From positions 215,868 to 279,867 of the forward strand of contig CAZIYE010000001.1 in the NCBI GenBank assembly GCA_964543385.1: a stretch of DNA of 64,000 bases, in the 5' to 3' direction. Below are positions 29,667 to 38,990 of the stretch, piece by piece. Position 1 is the stretch's first letter; every line of letters starts with the position of its first letter. The DNA is from an uncultured Candidatus Saccharibacteria bacterium (GTDB lineage: Bacteria; Patescibacteriota; UBA1384; XYA2-FULL-43-10; 1-14-0-10-43-13). The position numbers and the translations under genes are program-made. The notes under the pieces were generated by a model. It did no database searches, was not told the DNA's origin, and worked only from the letters and a program-made list of their open reading frames with translations.

Positions 29667-29888
29667 CTATTTTCTTTGTCTAATAAATTCTATTTCTAGC
29701 GCAATATAGCCAATCCCAAGTATGATCAATCCGCCAATCACCTTCTGACTTGGAATATTAAAAGTCGTGGTACCAAAATAATTGAACAACCAAGTTACTG
29801 CTCCAATTGCAAATATCGTTGCCCCCGCCAAAATCAAGAACATCGCAACCCCAAGAAATGAAACTTTGTTTGGATCTCTTGAAAACAT
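29667..29888 (-). CDS. Small membrane protein (73 aa, 2 TM)
   Basis: ORF track; two TM helices. Confidence 0.4.
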   Translation of the reverse strand: MFSRDPNKVSFLGVAMFLILAGATIFAIGAVTWLFNYFGTTTFNIPSQKVIGGLIILGIGYIALEIEFIRQRK

Positions 29889-30078
29889 AGTCCTCCTTAT
29901 AATTATTATTTGCTCTCAAATAGTTCTATGGCGAATCCAGTAGGATCTTTTATAAAAGCATAGCACTTCGTGAGTTATTCATAAAGCCAAGATAACGATC
30001 TTTATCGCTTATTATGAAGTTATCATAGAAACATCAAGAAAAGATGAAGAAGATTCTTTATCCCATCTCTTGATCGGA

Positions 30079-30423
30079 TTAGACTTCATTATGTAATCTA
30101 TAGCATTTACAGGGTTTCTGCTTCAATATCTCCACCTGCTCCTCGGGTGTATTAATGAATTCATTCTGAATATTACTACCGGTAGCTAATTCTTCGTCCA
30201 ATTCGGAATTATGTTTCCATCCTCGCCTTATAATCTCGGCTGCTTCTTCCTGATGGCGATTATAGAGCGCTTTTAGCTTACCTGCCCATCTTTTTGTCTC
30301 AGGATGGTTAGAATATCCCTTTTTCTCTTCCGTTAGGATATTCCAGATAGCATGAAGCTCTCGATGTTCGCCAAGTAGATGATTGTCACAGAGAAGTTCT
30401 GGTTTTAGATCCCAAATACGCAT
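30079..30423 (-). CDS. Pyrimidine dimer DNA glycosylase (T4 endonuclease V / DenV family)
   Basis: N-terminus MRIWDLKPELLCDNHLLGEHRELHAIW parallels T4 EndoV [28 protein letters not shown]. Confidence 0.55.
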   Translation of the reverse strand: MRIWDLKPELLCDNHLLGEHRELHAIWNILTEEKKGYSNHPETKRWAGKLKALYNRHQEEAAEIIRRGWKHNSELDEELATGSNIQNEFINTPEEQVEILKQKPCKCYRLHNEV

Positions 30424-30445
30424 ATAAGTTTTTAATAAAAATTAG

Positions 30446-30973
30446 TTATTTGTTTTTAGTATATACTGCATTGAGTGTGGTGAATATTGCATCATCGAAA
30501 TCAGCGGGCTTCATCTCGAGTATCATACCAGAGACGTCGTTCAAATAATCTACTCCTGCTTGCCATTCAATAGTTGGATGATAAGTATAGTTTTCCAAGG
30601 TATCAGCAGCCTTGATTATTAGTGCATCTTGACCGGCTTCGATACAATTGGCTACCATTTTTCTCTTGCGCTCTTTTTTGTCGGCTATACTGTCATCTTT
30701 TGTATTGGCAAGGACAAAATCAGCCACTTCTTTACCAAATATATTAGTAATTTCGTCGATAGTTGTATCTGTATCCTCAAGCAAATCATGCATAAAGCCG
30801 GCCAAAACAATTTCTACTCTATAGCCATGATCATATAAATAAATCCCCACGTGTATAGAGTGAAATAAAACTGGTTTTGTAAGCCCATCGGCGTTTTTGA
30901 ATTTTTCGGTTATAAGAAAAATTGCTTTTTCAATTTCTTCTCTATTTAATGTTTCCTGTTTCTTCTCTGGCAT
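30446..30973 (-). CDS. HD-domain phosphohydrolase
   Basis: H...HD motif (FHSIHVG ... FMHDLLEDT). Confidence 0.7.
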   Translation of the reverse strand: MPEKKQETLNREEIEKAIFLITEKFKNADGLTKPVLFHSIHVGIYLYDHGYRVEIVLAGFMHDLLEDTDTTIDEITNIFGKEVADFVLANTKDDSIADKKERKRKMVANCIEAGQDALIIKAADTLENYTYHPTIEWQAGVDYLNDVSGMILEMKPADFDDAIFTTLNAVYTKNK

Positions 30974-31065
30974 TTTTATCCCTTATAAATTTAGTCTTCT
31001 ACCACTACTTTAGCACTTTAAACCTAGTCAATAAAGTTAGCGCATATTCAACAAAACTAAGCGCT

Positions 31066-31212
31066 TGACAAACATGATGTAATATCATATTATTTATTCA
31101 ATGACAAACAAGACTTTAAAAGTTAGAAGAGAAATCACCCTTTAGCACTTGGGTCTTTTCGCATTTCTAACTTTCCAAAGATACTGCAGCCCAAGTGGCT
31201 GCTTTTTTTATT
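31066..31212 (+). ncRNA. Candidate small RNA: promoter TTGACA-N17-TATTAT, ~110-nt transcript with internal hairpin (agttagaa/ttctaact), intrinsic terminator gcagcc-caagtg-gctgc-T7
   Basis: all elements seen directly; no ORF with SD inside. Confidence 0.3.
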
Positions 31213-31350
31213 TTATATTCCATAACTATCACATGATTTACTTAGACCAAAAATTATCAAATTTGAGAAGACATGCCAGAGCTATATCGGCAGGCTATTT
31301 TCTCGTTGGGATAATCTAGGCTTAAGTGATTTAAGATATTCCATAAAAAA

Positions 31351-31378
31351 AATAGCCCCGCCAGGGCTATTTTTTAGT
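31351..31378 (+). terminator. Terminator hairpin tagccc-cgcca-gggcta + T6
   Basis: seen directly, 20 nt upstream of CDS 31401. Confidence 0.45.
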
Positions 31379-31400
31379 ACTTTAAAAATCCATAAGGGGG

Positions 31401-32408
31401 ATGACAGAAATGTCAAAAATATTTCACCTGCTGTCTCTATATATGACAGCAAAACAAGTGCACCAAATAATTATGGAAGAAGCTGCTGATGGCACGCTGC
31501 TTCCGCGAACTTTCTTCAGTGTTTTCAAAGCACTGTGGCGTGGAGATGGCTATGTCATCATTGTATGGGGCATCGCCATCGCTTACGCCGAATGCCACAC
31601 CAGTAAAGCCTTTCACTCGATTCATTCGGTGATATCAAAGAAGGGCTATAACGGCTGGCACCTAGCAATGCTAGCGTTAGCCAATCGCCTCCAAGAATGC
31701 CAGCGTCGTGATAGAAATAAGATCATAATCCTGGCATGTGCACCAAATATAGCAAGCTGGTATCGAAAATTTGGCTTCGAAATCCAGCCAAAAGAAAGTG
31801 CACCGAAGTATATTTGGGGCGGCCGCACTGCAAAGCAGTGGGCCGTATGTAATCGAGTCTGGATGACCTGCACCAGATCGTCCTATCTCAACAAGAGGAG
31901 ACAAGGTACCATGGCTAGACCCAACGCTTTTGTCAAAATTTCAGGCAATTTGCTTGAAAACGCAGCCGTTCTTGAGTGGCTGCGCGAACTTGCAAGATTC
32001 TACTTCGTCGTCATTTGTATCGGCGGCGGAGAGCAAATCAACGCCGTCTACAAAGAAAGAGGCCTGCCAATTAAATTTGGGCCTCTGGGTCGCATCACCA
32101 GATCGCTAGAAGAGCGTCAAATCGCCAGGGATATCCTCGAGGAAAACCAGGCGATCATCCAAGATTTACTCGACGAAAAAGAGATCAATGCACGGGTAAT
32201 CATCCCCGTCGAGGAAATAGGCGGGGTTCTCTGCCACATCAACGGAGATATCATGATGCTGGCAAGTTATCTCGGCTACGACAAACTGTTCATCCTGACC
32301 ACGAAAGACAGAGTCGAGAAGAAGCAACTCTGGCTCAAACAAGTCGGCGAAGTCTTCACAGTTATTGAGAAGGGCACGCTCGACAAAGTCGAGGTGATCG
32401 GCTTCTGA
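31401..32408 (+). CDS. Fusion protein: N-terminal GNAT-like acetyltransferase domain + C-terminal amino-acid-kinase (AAK) family-like domain; GC-elevated
   Basis: GNAT motif-A-like SKKGYNGWHLAM; C-terminal FVKISGNLL...VVICIGGG resembles AAK nucleotide-binding motifs; internal in-frame ATG at 31911 with GAGGAG SD; many antisense ORFs indicate raised G+C. Confidence 0.5.
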   Translation: MTEMSKIFHLLSLYMTAKQVHQIIMEEAADGTLLPRTFFSVFKALWRGDGYVIIVWGIAIAYAECHTSKAFHSIHSVISKKGYNGWHLAMLALANRLQECQRRDRNKIIILACAPNIASWYRKFGFEIQPKESAPKYIWGGRTAKQWAVCNRVWMTCTRSSYLNKRRQGTMARPNAFVKISGNLLENAAVLEWLRELARFYFVVICIGGGEQINAVYKERGLPIKFGPLGRITRSLEERQIARDILEENQAIIQDLLDEKEINARVIIPVEEIGGVLCHINGDIMMLASYLGYDKLFILTTKDRVEKKQLWLKQVGEVFTVIEKGTLDKVEVIGF

Positions 32409-32472
32409 CCAGCGGCAAATGAGAATTTGGTCGCACCAACTAAAGCGTCCCGATGCAAATCGGGGCGCTTCT

Positions 32473-33129
32473 TTATTTACTCAGAGTACCAACAATCGGG
32501 TATTTAGCAAGAGCACTTTTTGCATGCCGACTATAAAAAGCATTTGTTAATTCTTTGCCCGCATAATGAGAAAAATGTTTACCTTGTTGAAAAACACTAG
32601 AAAGATCATACACCTGACCATCTACAGCAACATAGGCTGGCTGATCATTGACGCCATTGAATTTAGCAAGTTCAGCAACAGTAAATGTTTTAGACGCAGT
32701 ATTATTTGAGGTTTGATTTTCCGATTGCGTCTGGCCATTATCAACTATATTACTATTCAAAGATTCTTTTTTATTATCGATAACATCAGATTGCACTTTG
32801 GAAGTTTCTGAATCTGTCTTCGGCGTGATATAAAAACGATCAACATAGATAAAACCTGAGACAAAAAGAAGATAGAAAAGAGCAAGTATAGTGGCAGTAA
32901 AAACATTCCAGATACACCAACGCTTAAAAGCCAAATGAATGGCATAGTAAGTATGAACCACAAAAGCAATTATCACTATGAAGGCAAGATAATTTAAATG
33001 AATTTTACTCGCTAAGGAAGAGCTAATAATACCTTTCGTCATGCCATAGCCGCTAATGAGATATAGGAGCATGCCAATCAATAAAACCCAAGCCGAGATA
33101 CGATCAATTTTAATAAGAAATTTTTGCAT
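32473..33129 (-). CDS. Membrane protein (4 TM) with C-terminal cytochrome b5-like heme/steroid-binding domain
   Basis: FTVAELAKFNG...AYVAVDGQVYDLS...HYAGKE resembles the cyt-b5/PGRMC fold signature. Confidence 0.5.
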   Translation of the reverse strand: MQKFLIKIDRISAWVLLIGMLLYLISGYGMTKGIISSSLASKIHLNYLAFIVIIAFVVHTYYAIHLAFKRWCIWNVFTATILALFYLLFVSGFIYVDRFYITPKTDSETSKVQSDVIDNKKESLNSNIVDNGQTQSENQTSNNTASKTFTVAELAKFNGVNDQPAYVAVDGQVYDLSSVFQQGKHFSHYAGKELTNAFYSRHAKSALAKYPIVGTLSK

Positions 33130-33137
33130 AATTTTTG

Positions 33138-34850
33138 TTAATCCTTTGCTTTTATATCAATAATATTTAGTGATAATTTTTTATCCCCTCTCCATTCTTC
33201 CTGATTCAAAGAAAAAGCGATGTTATACGATTTATCATAATTTATCATACTTTTTTCAAATGGGAAGTTGAAATAAATAGACTTTATCTTCGAATCTTTT
33301 TCTTTTGCCATCGCAGAAAAATGATTGGAATCTTTACCCACAAAACGGAAGTTTTCAAAGGCTATATCCCCTGCCGTGAAAACCGGTCTGGGGTTAGCCA
33401 AACCGAATGGCTCAAATTGCAAAAGTTCCTCAAAGAGCTTGAAGGTCATCTCTGGAAATTTAACCTCAGCATCGATAGAAACTTTTTTGATTAGATTATC
33501 ATCACTTATTTCCTTATTAGAGATATCTGTCAGAGCGTTCACGAAATCTCCAAATTTTTCCCGAGACACAGAGAGCCCTGCTGCTCCTTTGTGTCCACCG
33601 TATTTATTGATTAGGTCTTTAATTTTCTCCAAAAGTTCAACAATATTTACTCCCGAAACACTTCTGGCGCTACCAGTATAATCATCTTTACCAATTGAAA
33701 ACAAAATCACTGGTCTGGCATATTTTTCCACCAATCTGCTCGCCGTAGGACCGATAATCCCCTTGGTCCACTTGCCAGAGACAATGATGATCTTATTTTT
33801 ATATAAGCCCTCTTCTTCAATCTTTTTGATCGCTTCACGTTCGAGACTATCCATTTCAGCTTGTCGTTCTTCATTTTTCTCGTTAAGAGATATGGCTAAT
33901 TCTTTTGCCTCATTTGGCACGTTAGTAATTAGAAGCTCGAAAGATTTAGTCGCCGAGTCCATGCGGCCTGGTGCATTTATCCTGGGAGCTATCTGAAAAC
34001 CGACTGCATATGCGCCAACATTTTCTGGCAAAATATTCGACACTTTATAGAGTTCTTGCAAGCCTAAATTTTTTGTCTTTCTCAAAACCATTAGCCCATA
34101 TTTGACCAAAGCTCTATTTTCGTCAGATAGGGGAACCACATCGGAGATCGTAGATATTGCTACCAAATCGAGATTCCACTTTAAAAACTTTTCATCCAAT
34201 TCTTTTGGAAAATATTTTGACAAGGCTTGGATCAATTTATAGCCGACAGCACAACCACATAATTCTTTGAAAGGATATTTATCCCCTTCCCTTTTTGGGT
34301 TTATCACAAAATTTGCCTTTGGGATCTCTTCACCCGGTAAGTGATGGTCGGTAATAATAAGGTCAACACCCTTTTCTTTGCAATAAGACGGCTCAGTAAG
34401 ATTTCTAATTCCTAGGTCAATAGTAATAACAAGAGAACAACCCTTTCCGATAAGATTGTCTATCCCCTCTTTGGACAACCCATAGCCACCTTCACGATTT
34501 GGGATGTAAACATGCGCTTCAACGCCAATGGCCCCAAGAGCCCGGTACATCAGTGCTGCTCCTGGAATTCCGTCAGCATCATAGTCTGAAAAAATGCCAA
34601 TTTTTTCTTTGTCTTCTACCGCTTTTTTGATTCTCTCAACTGCCCCCGCCATATCAGTCATTAGATAAGGGTCATATAGATCATCACTAAAATTTGGTTT
34701 AAAAAACTTAAGTTTCTTTTCCTCATCATCCTTATCGAAAATTACTCCCCTATTATAAAGAAGCTGATCTATTAACGAGTCAAATTTACGCTCTTTTACC
34801 TCCCAAATTTTTTCCACGATCCCTCTATGATTAACCAAATTATTAAACAA
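33138..34850 (-). CDS. recJ: Single-stranded-DNA-specific exonuclease RecJ
   Basis: DHH motif IITDHH, DHHA1 GGHKGAAG, typical length. Confidence 0.85.
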   Translation of the reverse strand: MFNNLVNHRGIVEKIWEVKERKFDSLIDQLLYNRGVIFDKDDEEKKLKFFKPNFSDDLYDPYLMTDMAGAVERIKKAVEDKEKIGIFSDYDADGIPGAALMYRALGAIGVEAHVYIPNREGGYGLSKEGIDNLIGKGCSLVITIDLGIRNLTEPSYCKEKGVDLIITDHHLPGEEIPKANFVINPKREGDKYPFKELCGCAVGYKLIQALSKYFPKELDEKFLKWNLDLVAISTISDVVPLSDENRALVKYGLMVLRKTKNLGLQELYKVSNILPENVGAYAVGFQIAPRINAPGRMDSATKSFELLITNVPNEAKELAISLNEKNEERQAEMDSLEREAIKKIEEEGLYKNKIIIVSGKWTKGIIGPTASRLVEKYARPVILFSIGKDDYTGSARSVSGVNIVELLEKIKDLINKYGGHKGAAGLSVSREKFGDFVNALTDISNKEISDDNLIKKVSIDAEVKFPEMTFKLFEELLQFEPFGLANPRPVFTAGDIAFENFRFVGKDSNHFSAMAKEKDSKIKSIYFNFPFEKSMINYDKSYNIAFSLNQEEWRGDKKLSLNIIDIKAKD

Positions 34851-34876
34851 TTTACCTGCAATCCACTATCTACCCT

Positions 34877-35683
34877 CTACTTATAATACGCCCAGCCATC
34901 TACTCGAATATCAACATATTCTTTTATATCCTGACGTTTAGAAACCAATACTTTCTTCAAATTTTCCAGCTGCTTTTTGCTACTTCTTAGAGTATTAAAT
35001 TTTATATAGAACCCAGCATCAGTTTTCAAAACAACATCAAATGTTGTCTCACCAACTTCAAAATCAAGCGGTTTTATATTTACAGTTTCATAAAAATTAC
35101 TATTAATATTTACAATAAATGCGATGAAATTTGGAGAAACCAGTTGTGTTCCTGGTACAACCGGTAAGTTTGTCTTATCTATTATTTTTGATAAACCGGC
35201 ACCCTCATCACCAACGATTCTCCGGACAACTTCACCCTGATCACTGACGAGATAAACACTATCGCCGGATTGCCAGCTTATTTTACCCTCTCGCTCCAAT
35301 AGAACTATTTTAATAGCATTTGGAATGCCTCTATAAATTTCCACCGATTTTATCTCTGGAAACTTATTCAACAAAGTTCTCTTCGTTCCCTGAATATTAA
35401 AACGGAAGATATTTTGACCAGTCGGTATGGATTCTTTGACCAAATCTTTCGACAATAAGGAGTTACCCTCAACGATTATTTCTCCAACCCTAAACCAACT
35501 TGATAATAGAAAAACGTAGCCTAAGATACACAACAATATAACATATAGTAATATCTTAAATCCCCACTTGGGAAATGAGTTTTGACTCTCGTCTTTAGAC
35601 CTAGCGCCAAAAAGCTGAGGCGCTTTATACCTCTTGATATTGATTCCCTGTCCGCGTCTAACTTTTTTGTTGAAAGCTACCAT
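34877..35683 (-). CDS. ftsQ: Cell division protein FtsQ/DivIB (POTRA domain)
   Basis: N-terminal TM then FRVGEIIVEGNSLLSKDLV POTRA-like; position after murB in dcw cluster. Confidence 0.6.
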   Translation of the reverse strand: MVAFNKKVRRGQGINIKRYKAPQLFGARSKDESQNSFPKWGFKILLYVILLCILGYVFLLSSWFRVGEIIVEGNSLLSKDLVKESIPTGQNIFRFNIQGTKRTLLNKFPEIKSVEIYRGIPNAIKIVLLEREGKISWQSGDSVYLVSDQGEVVRRIVGDEGAGLSKIIDKTNLPVVPGTQLVSPNFIAFIVNINSNFYETVNIKPLDFEVGETTFDVVLKTDAGFYIKFNTLRSSKKQLENLKKVLVSKRQDIKEYVDIRVDGWAYYK

Positions 35684-36615
35684 TTGCCAATATATTCGAC
35701 TTCTTCGCCAAGTCTAATGTTTGATTTGCTCTCTACTAAATCCTTGGCCTTCTCGGCCAGAGAACGCACATCTGTAGCAGTCGCGTTTTTCTTATTTATT
35801 AGGAAATTAGCATGTTTCTTGGAGAATTCAGCGCCACCAACTCTAAGTCTTTTAGCCCCTGCGCTATCCAGCAAATAACCGGCTGATTGCTCTTTACCCA
35901 AACCGTTATTTTTGAAAAAACTACCCGAAGAGGCCTCACTTAAAGGCTGAGAATTCTTTTTCTTTGCGATGCTTTCCTGCATCATTCTCAATATCTCATC
36001 CTTGCGCCTTTGGACCAATTGCAAGGTTGCAGTCAGAATCACTGGTTTAAATCTAGAATCACTGTATTCTCTCTTTAACCTAGAGGAACGATACGAATGG
36101 TCCATCCAACTTGCTGAATGCTTAACAATCGTCATTTTATCTTCGCCAGGCAACATAATAGTCAAAGATTTTACAAAATCACCGATTTCATGACCAAATG
36201 CTCCAGCATTTCCATATATGGAACCCCCTATTGTTCCAGGAACGCCGAACAGAAATTCCAATCCTCCGAGATCTCTCCCAGCCGCCAAATTTATAAGTTT
36301 ACCGAGGTTTACTCCCCCATCAGCTATAACAGTAGAAAAATTTGGACTAAATACAATATTTGACGATTCATTCTTTATTACGATACCGGGAAAACCAGCA
36401 TCCGATGGGACAACATTATACCCTCCTCCCAAAACAAAGTAGGGAATCTTATATTTATAAGCAGTGGAAACAGCATTCACTAAATCTTCGATTCTTTTTG
36501 CTACATAGAAAAAGTCTGCGACTCCACCGACCTTTAAGCTAACATAGTCTTTCAACACGACATTTTGTTTCAGATCTTCCCCAAGCTCTTTGCGAAGAAT
36601 TTCGTCGTTAGTCAT
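35677..36615 (-). CDS. murB: UDP-N-acetylenolpyruvoylglucosamine reductase
   Basis: FAD-binding VGGVADF..., GGGYNVV, SGSFFKN motifs. Confidence 0.85.
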   Translation of the reverse strand: MTNDEILRKELGEDLKQNVVLKDYVSLKVGGVADFFYVAKRIEDLVNAVSTAYKYKIPYFVLGGGYNVVPSDAGFPGIVIKNESSNIVFSPNFSTVIADGGVNLGKLINLAAGRDLGGLEFLFGVPGTIGGSIYGNAGAFGHEIGDFVKSLTIMLPGEDKMTIVKHSASWMDHSYRSSRLKREYSDSRFKPVILTATLQLVQRRKDEILRMMQESIAKKKNSQPLSEASSGSFFKNNGLGKEQSAGYLLDSAGAKRLRVGGAEFSKKHANFLINKKNATATDVRSLAEKAKDLVESKSNIRLGEEVEYIGKW

Positions 36616-37879
36616 GCGCCTCCTTCAGAATTTCATCAGAAATTTTATATACGGGAGGAATGCCAATAGTAAGAAGGACTGAATTTTTGTTTAAGTTATC
36701 TTTAAGATAATCAACTATCTCCTCATCACTCGCGAAATATTTCGCGTTGTTCGTCTTCTTGTTAATAGCTAGCACAAGATCTTCTGAAGAAATATCCAAC
36801 ACCTCGTCACGTCCGGGTACAAAAAATATTGGCTTAACAATCACCTCGTCAGCGTCAGCAAAAGAATCTGCAAATTCAGATAATAGAGATAAGATCCTTT
36901 TGTATTGATGTGGCCAAAAGACAACAACCCTATGTTTATCTGTGTACCTCTCCTTAAGCGCCGACAATGTAGACTTAATTTCAGTAGGATGATGACCATA
37001 ATCGTCGACTAGATCAGCGCCATTGTATTGGCCCTTCAATTCAAAACGACGGTGGGCATTTTTAAATTTAGATAATACCTTGGTAACATCCTCTTGTTTT
37101 ATCTTTAGACAATCAGCAAGAGCCAAAACTGACATCGCATTCTGAAGATTATGTTTACCAGGGATAGCCATCTCGAAATCTATATGGTTATATTTCTCAG
37201 AATCCCTGCCGTAAAAAACAATTTCTGCCTTAGTTTTTGATTTAGTCACAACATCGAGAATATTTTTGTCATCAGCACAAGCGATGATAATTCCATCATC
37301 GGCCACATTGTTTAAATATTTAATAAAAGTCTCTTTTATCTCAGGAAGACCTCCGGGATAAGTATCAAGGTGCTCTTCTTCGATATTAGTTAGGATTAAA
37401 ATATTTGGCCGAAAGTCCAAGAAACTTCTATCATATTCGCAAGCCTCCATGACAAACCAATCTGATTTACCGAATCTTATTACATCATTATCAAATTCTT
37501 TTAGTCTATCCCCGACTAAAACAGTCGGATCAAAACCAGCTTCAATCAGCAAAAGGCCAACCATCGATGTGATAGTGGTCTTGCCGTGCATACCAGAGAT
37601 TGCAATTACTTTCTTATCCTTTGTCAGCTCGCCAAGCAATTCTGATCTTTTGACAACCTTAATCCCCAATCTTTTTGCAGCCGCTACTTCAACCCAACCA
37701 TCGCAACCAGGATTGACTGCTGATGTCCTAACAACAACATCAACATCAGGAGCTACGTTAGTTGCCGAATGACCGCCACTCTTAAGATCTGATCCGGAAA
37801 CCGTATGGCCAATATTTTGTAAATATTTTTTAATGCCCCTCATCGAGATGCCCTGATCTCCGATCAAGTGATATTTCAT
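36608..37879 (-). CDS. murC: UDP-N-acetylmuramate--L-alanine ligase
   Basis: N-terminal IGDQGISMRG...GHTVSGSD and P-loop GMHGKTTITSM. Confidence 0.85.
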   Translation of the reverse strand: MKYHLIGDQGISMRGIKKYLQNIGHTVSGSDLKSGGHSATNVAPDVDVVVRTSAVNPGCDGWVEVAAAKRLGIKVVKRSELLGELTKDKKVIAISGMHGKTTITSMVGLLLIEAGFDPTVLVGDRLKEFDNDVIRFGKSDWFVMEACEYDRSFLDFRPNILILTNIEEEHLDTYPGGLPEIKETFIKYLNNVADDGIIIACADDKNILDVVTKSKTKAEIVFYGRDSEKYNHIDFEMAIPGKHNLQNAMSVLALADCLKIKQEDVTKVLSKFKNAHRRFELKGQYNGADLVDDYGHHPTEIKSTLSALKERYTDKHRVVVFWPHQYKRILSLLSEFADSFADADEVIVKPIFFVPGRDEVLDISSEDLVLAINKKTNNAKYFASDEEIVDYLKDNLNKNSVLLTIGIPPVYKISDEILKEAHD

Positions 37880-38988
37880 AAAACCTCTTTCAAAATATTA
37901 TCTGAGACAATTTTTAATCCACTTTGTGGAAATATTCTCTCATATTTTTCGGATAATGTCTCGATATTTGGTTTCTCGGCCATAATTTCATCGATTAATT
38001 TTGTCAAAACATCGGGATTCAAATCCTTATCATGAAGGATAGGGAAACCAGTAATAGCGCTTATTTCCTTTGCGTTTTTATTTTGATGGTCACCGGATGA
38101 ATGTTGATATGGCACCATAATCATTGGCTTTCTGAGGATTGCAATTTCAGCCAAAGTATTTAGGCCGCAGCGGGTTATAATCAGGTCTGCCTTTTTCATT
38201 GCTATATACATCATATTTTTGTCATCAACAAAACTGAAAAAATCTTTTACAAAATATGAAGACTTCATATCACTGCAAAGACCATCTTTGGCGTCAGTCG
38301 CATCGTCATAAGAAAATGTTCCCGTTTGATGGATTATATTGTATCTGGGTAATAAATTGTCCAAGGAGGCAATAACCGTATCGTTGACGATCTTTGATCC
38401 CTGACTACCACCAGTTACTAATAAAGTTGGCTTATTATTATCAAAACCAAATTCAAAATGGCCAGTGTCAGCAGGTATTCGAACAAGCTGACCAACAAAT
38501 TCTACTTTGCTAGACCATGGATACTGCTGGAAAAACTTGGCAGGAAAACCGGTGAATATCTTCTTTGCCCCATCTGCAGCTATCCGGTTAGAAAAACCCA
38601 TTTCAATATCAGATTCATGAATGTAATAAGTTATCCCAAGTACTCTAGCCCAAAAAGTAATTGGCAAAGACACGTATCCCCCTTTAGCAAAAATAACTTT
38701 TGGTCTTATGTCTATCAATAAAAACAATGCCTGAAAAAAACCAATCGTTAATTTAAATAATTCGATAATATTTTTCCAAGTTATAACACGGTGCATTTTT
38801 CCGGCAAAGATCTTATGGTATCCTGGAATCTTACCGTAAAAATTTTCTTCGATTTCACCGCCCGCACCAACAATAGTTAGCTTTAGTCCCTCATATGTTT
38901 TAAGAATTTTATATATTTCGAAAATTGGCACCACATGACCGCCAGAACCACCACCAACGAGTAATACATTTTGCTGAGTTTTTTGCAT
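37876..38988 (-). CDS. murG: UDP-GlcNAc:undecaprenyl-PP-MurNAc-pentapeptide GlcNAc transferase
   Basis: GGGSGGHVVP (G-loop), GT28 architecture. Confidence 0.85.
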   Translation of the reverse strand: MQKTQQNVLLVGGGSGGHVVPIFEIYKILKTYEGLKLTIVGAGGEIEENFYGKIPGYHKIFAGKMHRVITWKNIIELFKLTIGFFQALFLLIDIRPKVIFAKGGYVSLPITFWARVLGITYYIHESDIEMGFSNRIAADGAKKIFTGFPAKFFQQYPWSSKVEFVGQLVRIPADTGHFEFGFDNNKPTLLVTGGSQGSKIVNDTVIASLDNLLPRYNIIHQTGTFSYDDATDAKDGLCSDMKSSYFVKDFFSFVDDKNMMYIAMKKADLIITRCGLNTLAEIAILRKPMIMVPYQHSSGDHQNKNAKEISAITGFPILHDKDLNPDVLTKLIDEIMAEKPNIETLSEKYERIFPQSGLKIVSDNILKEVL

Positions 38989-38990
38989 AT

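Noticed and set aside
31437-31904. Antisense ORFs within the GNAT-AAK gene
   Set aside because: GC-driven spurious frames.
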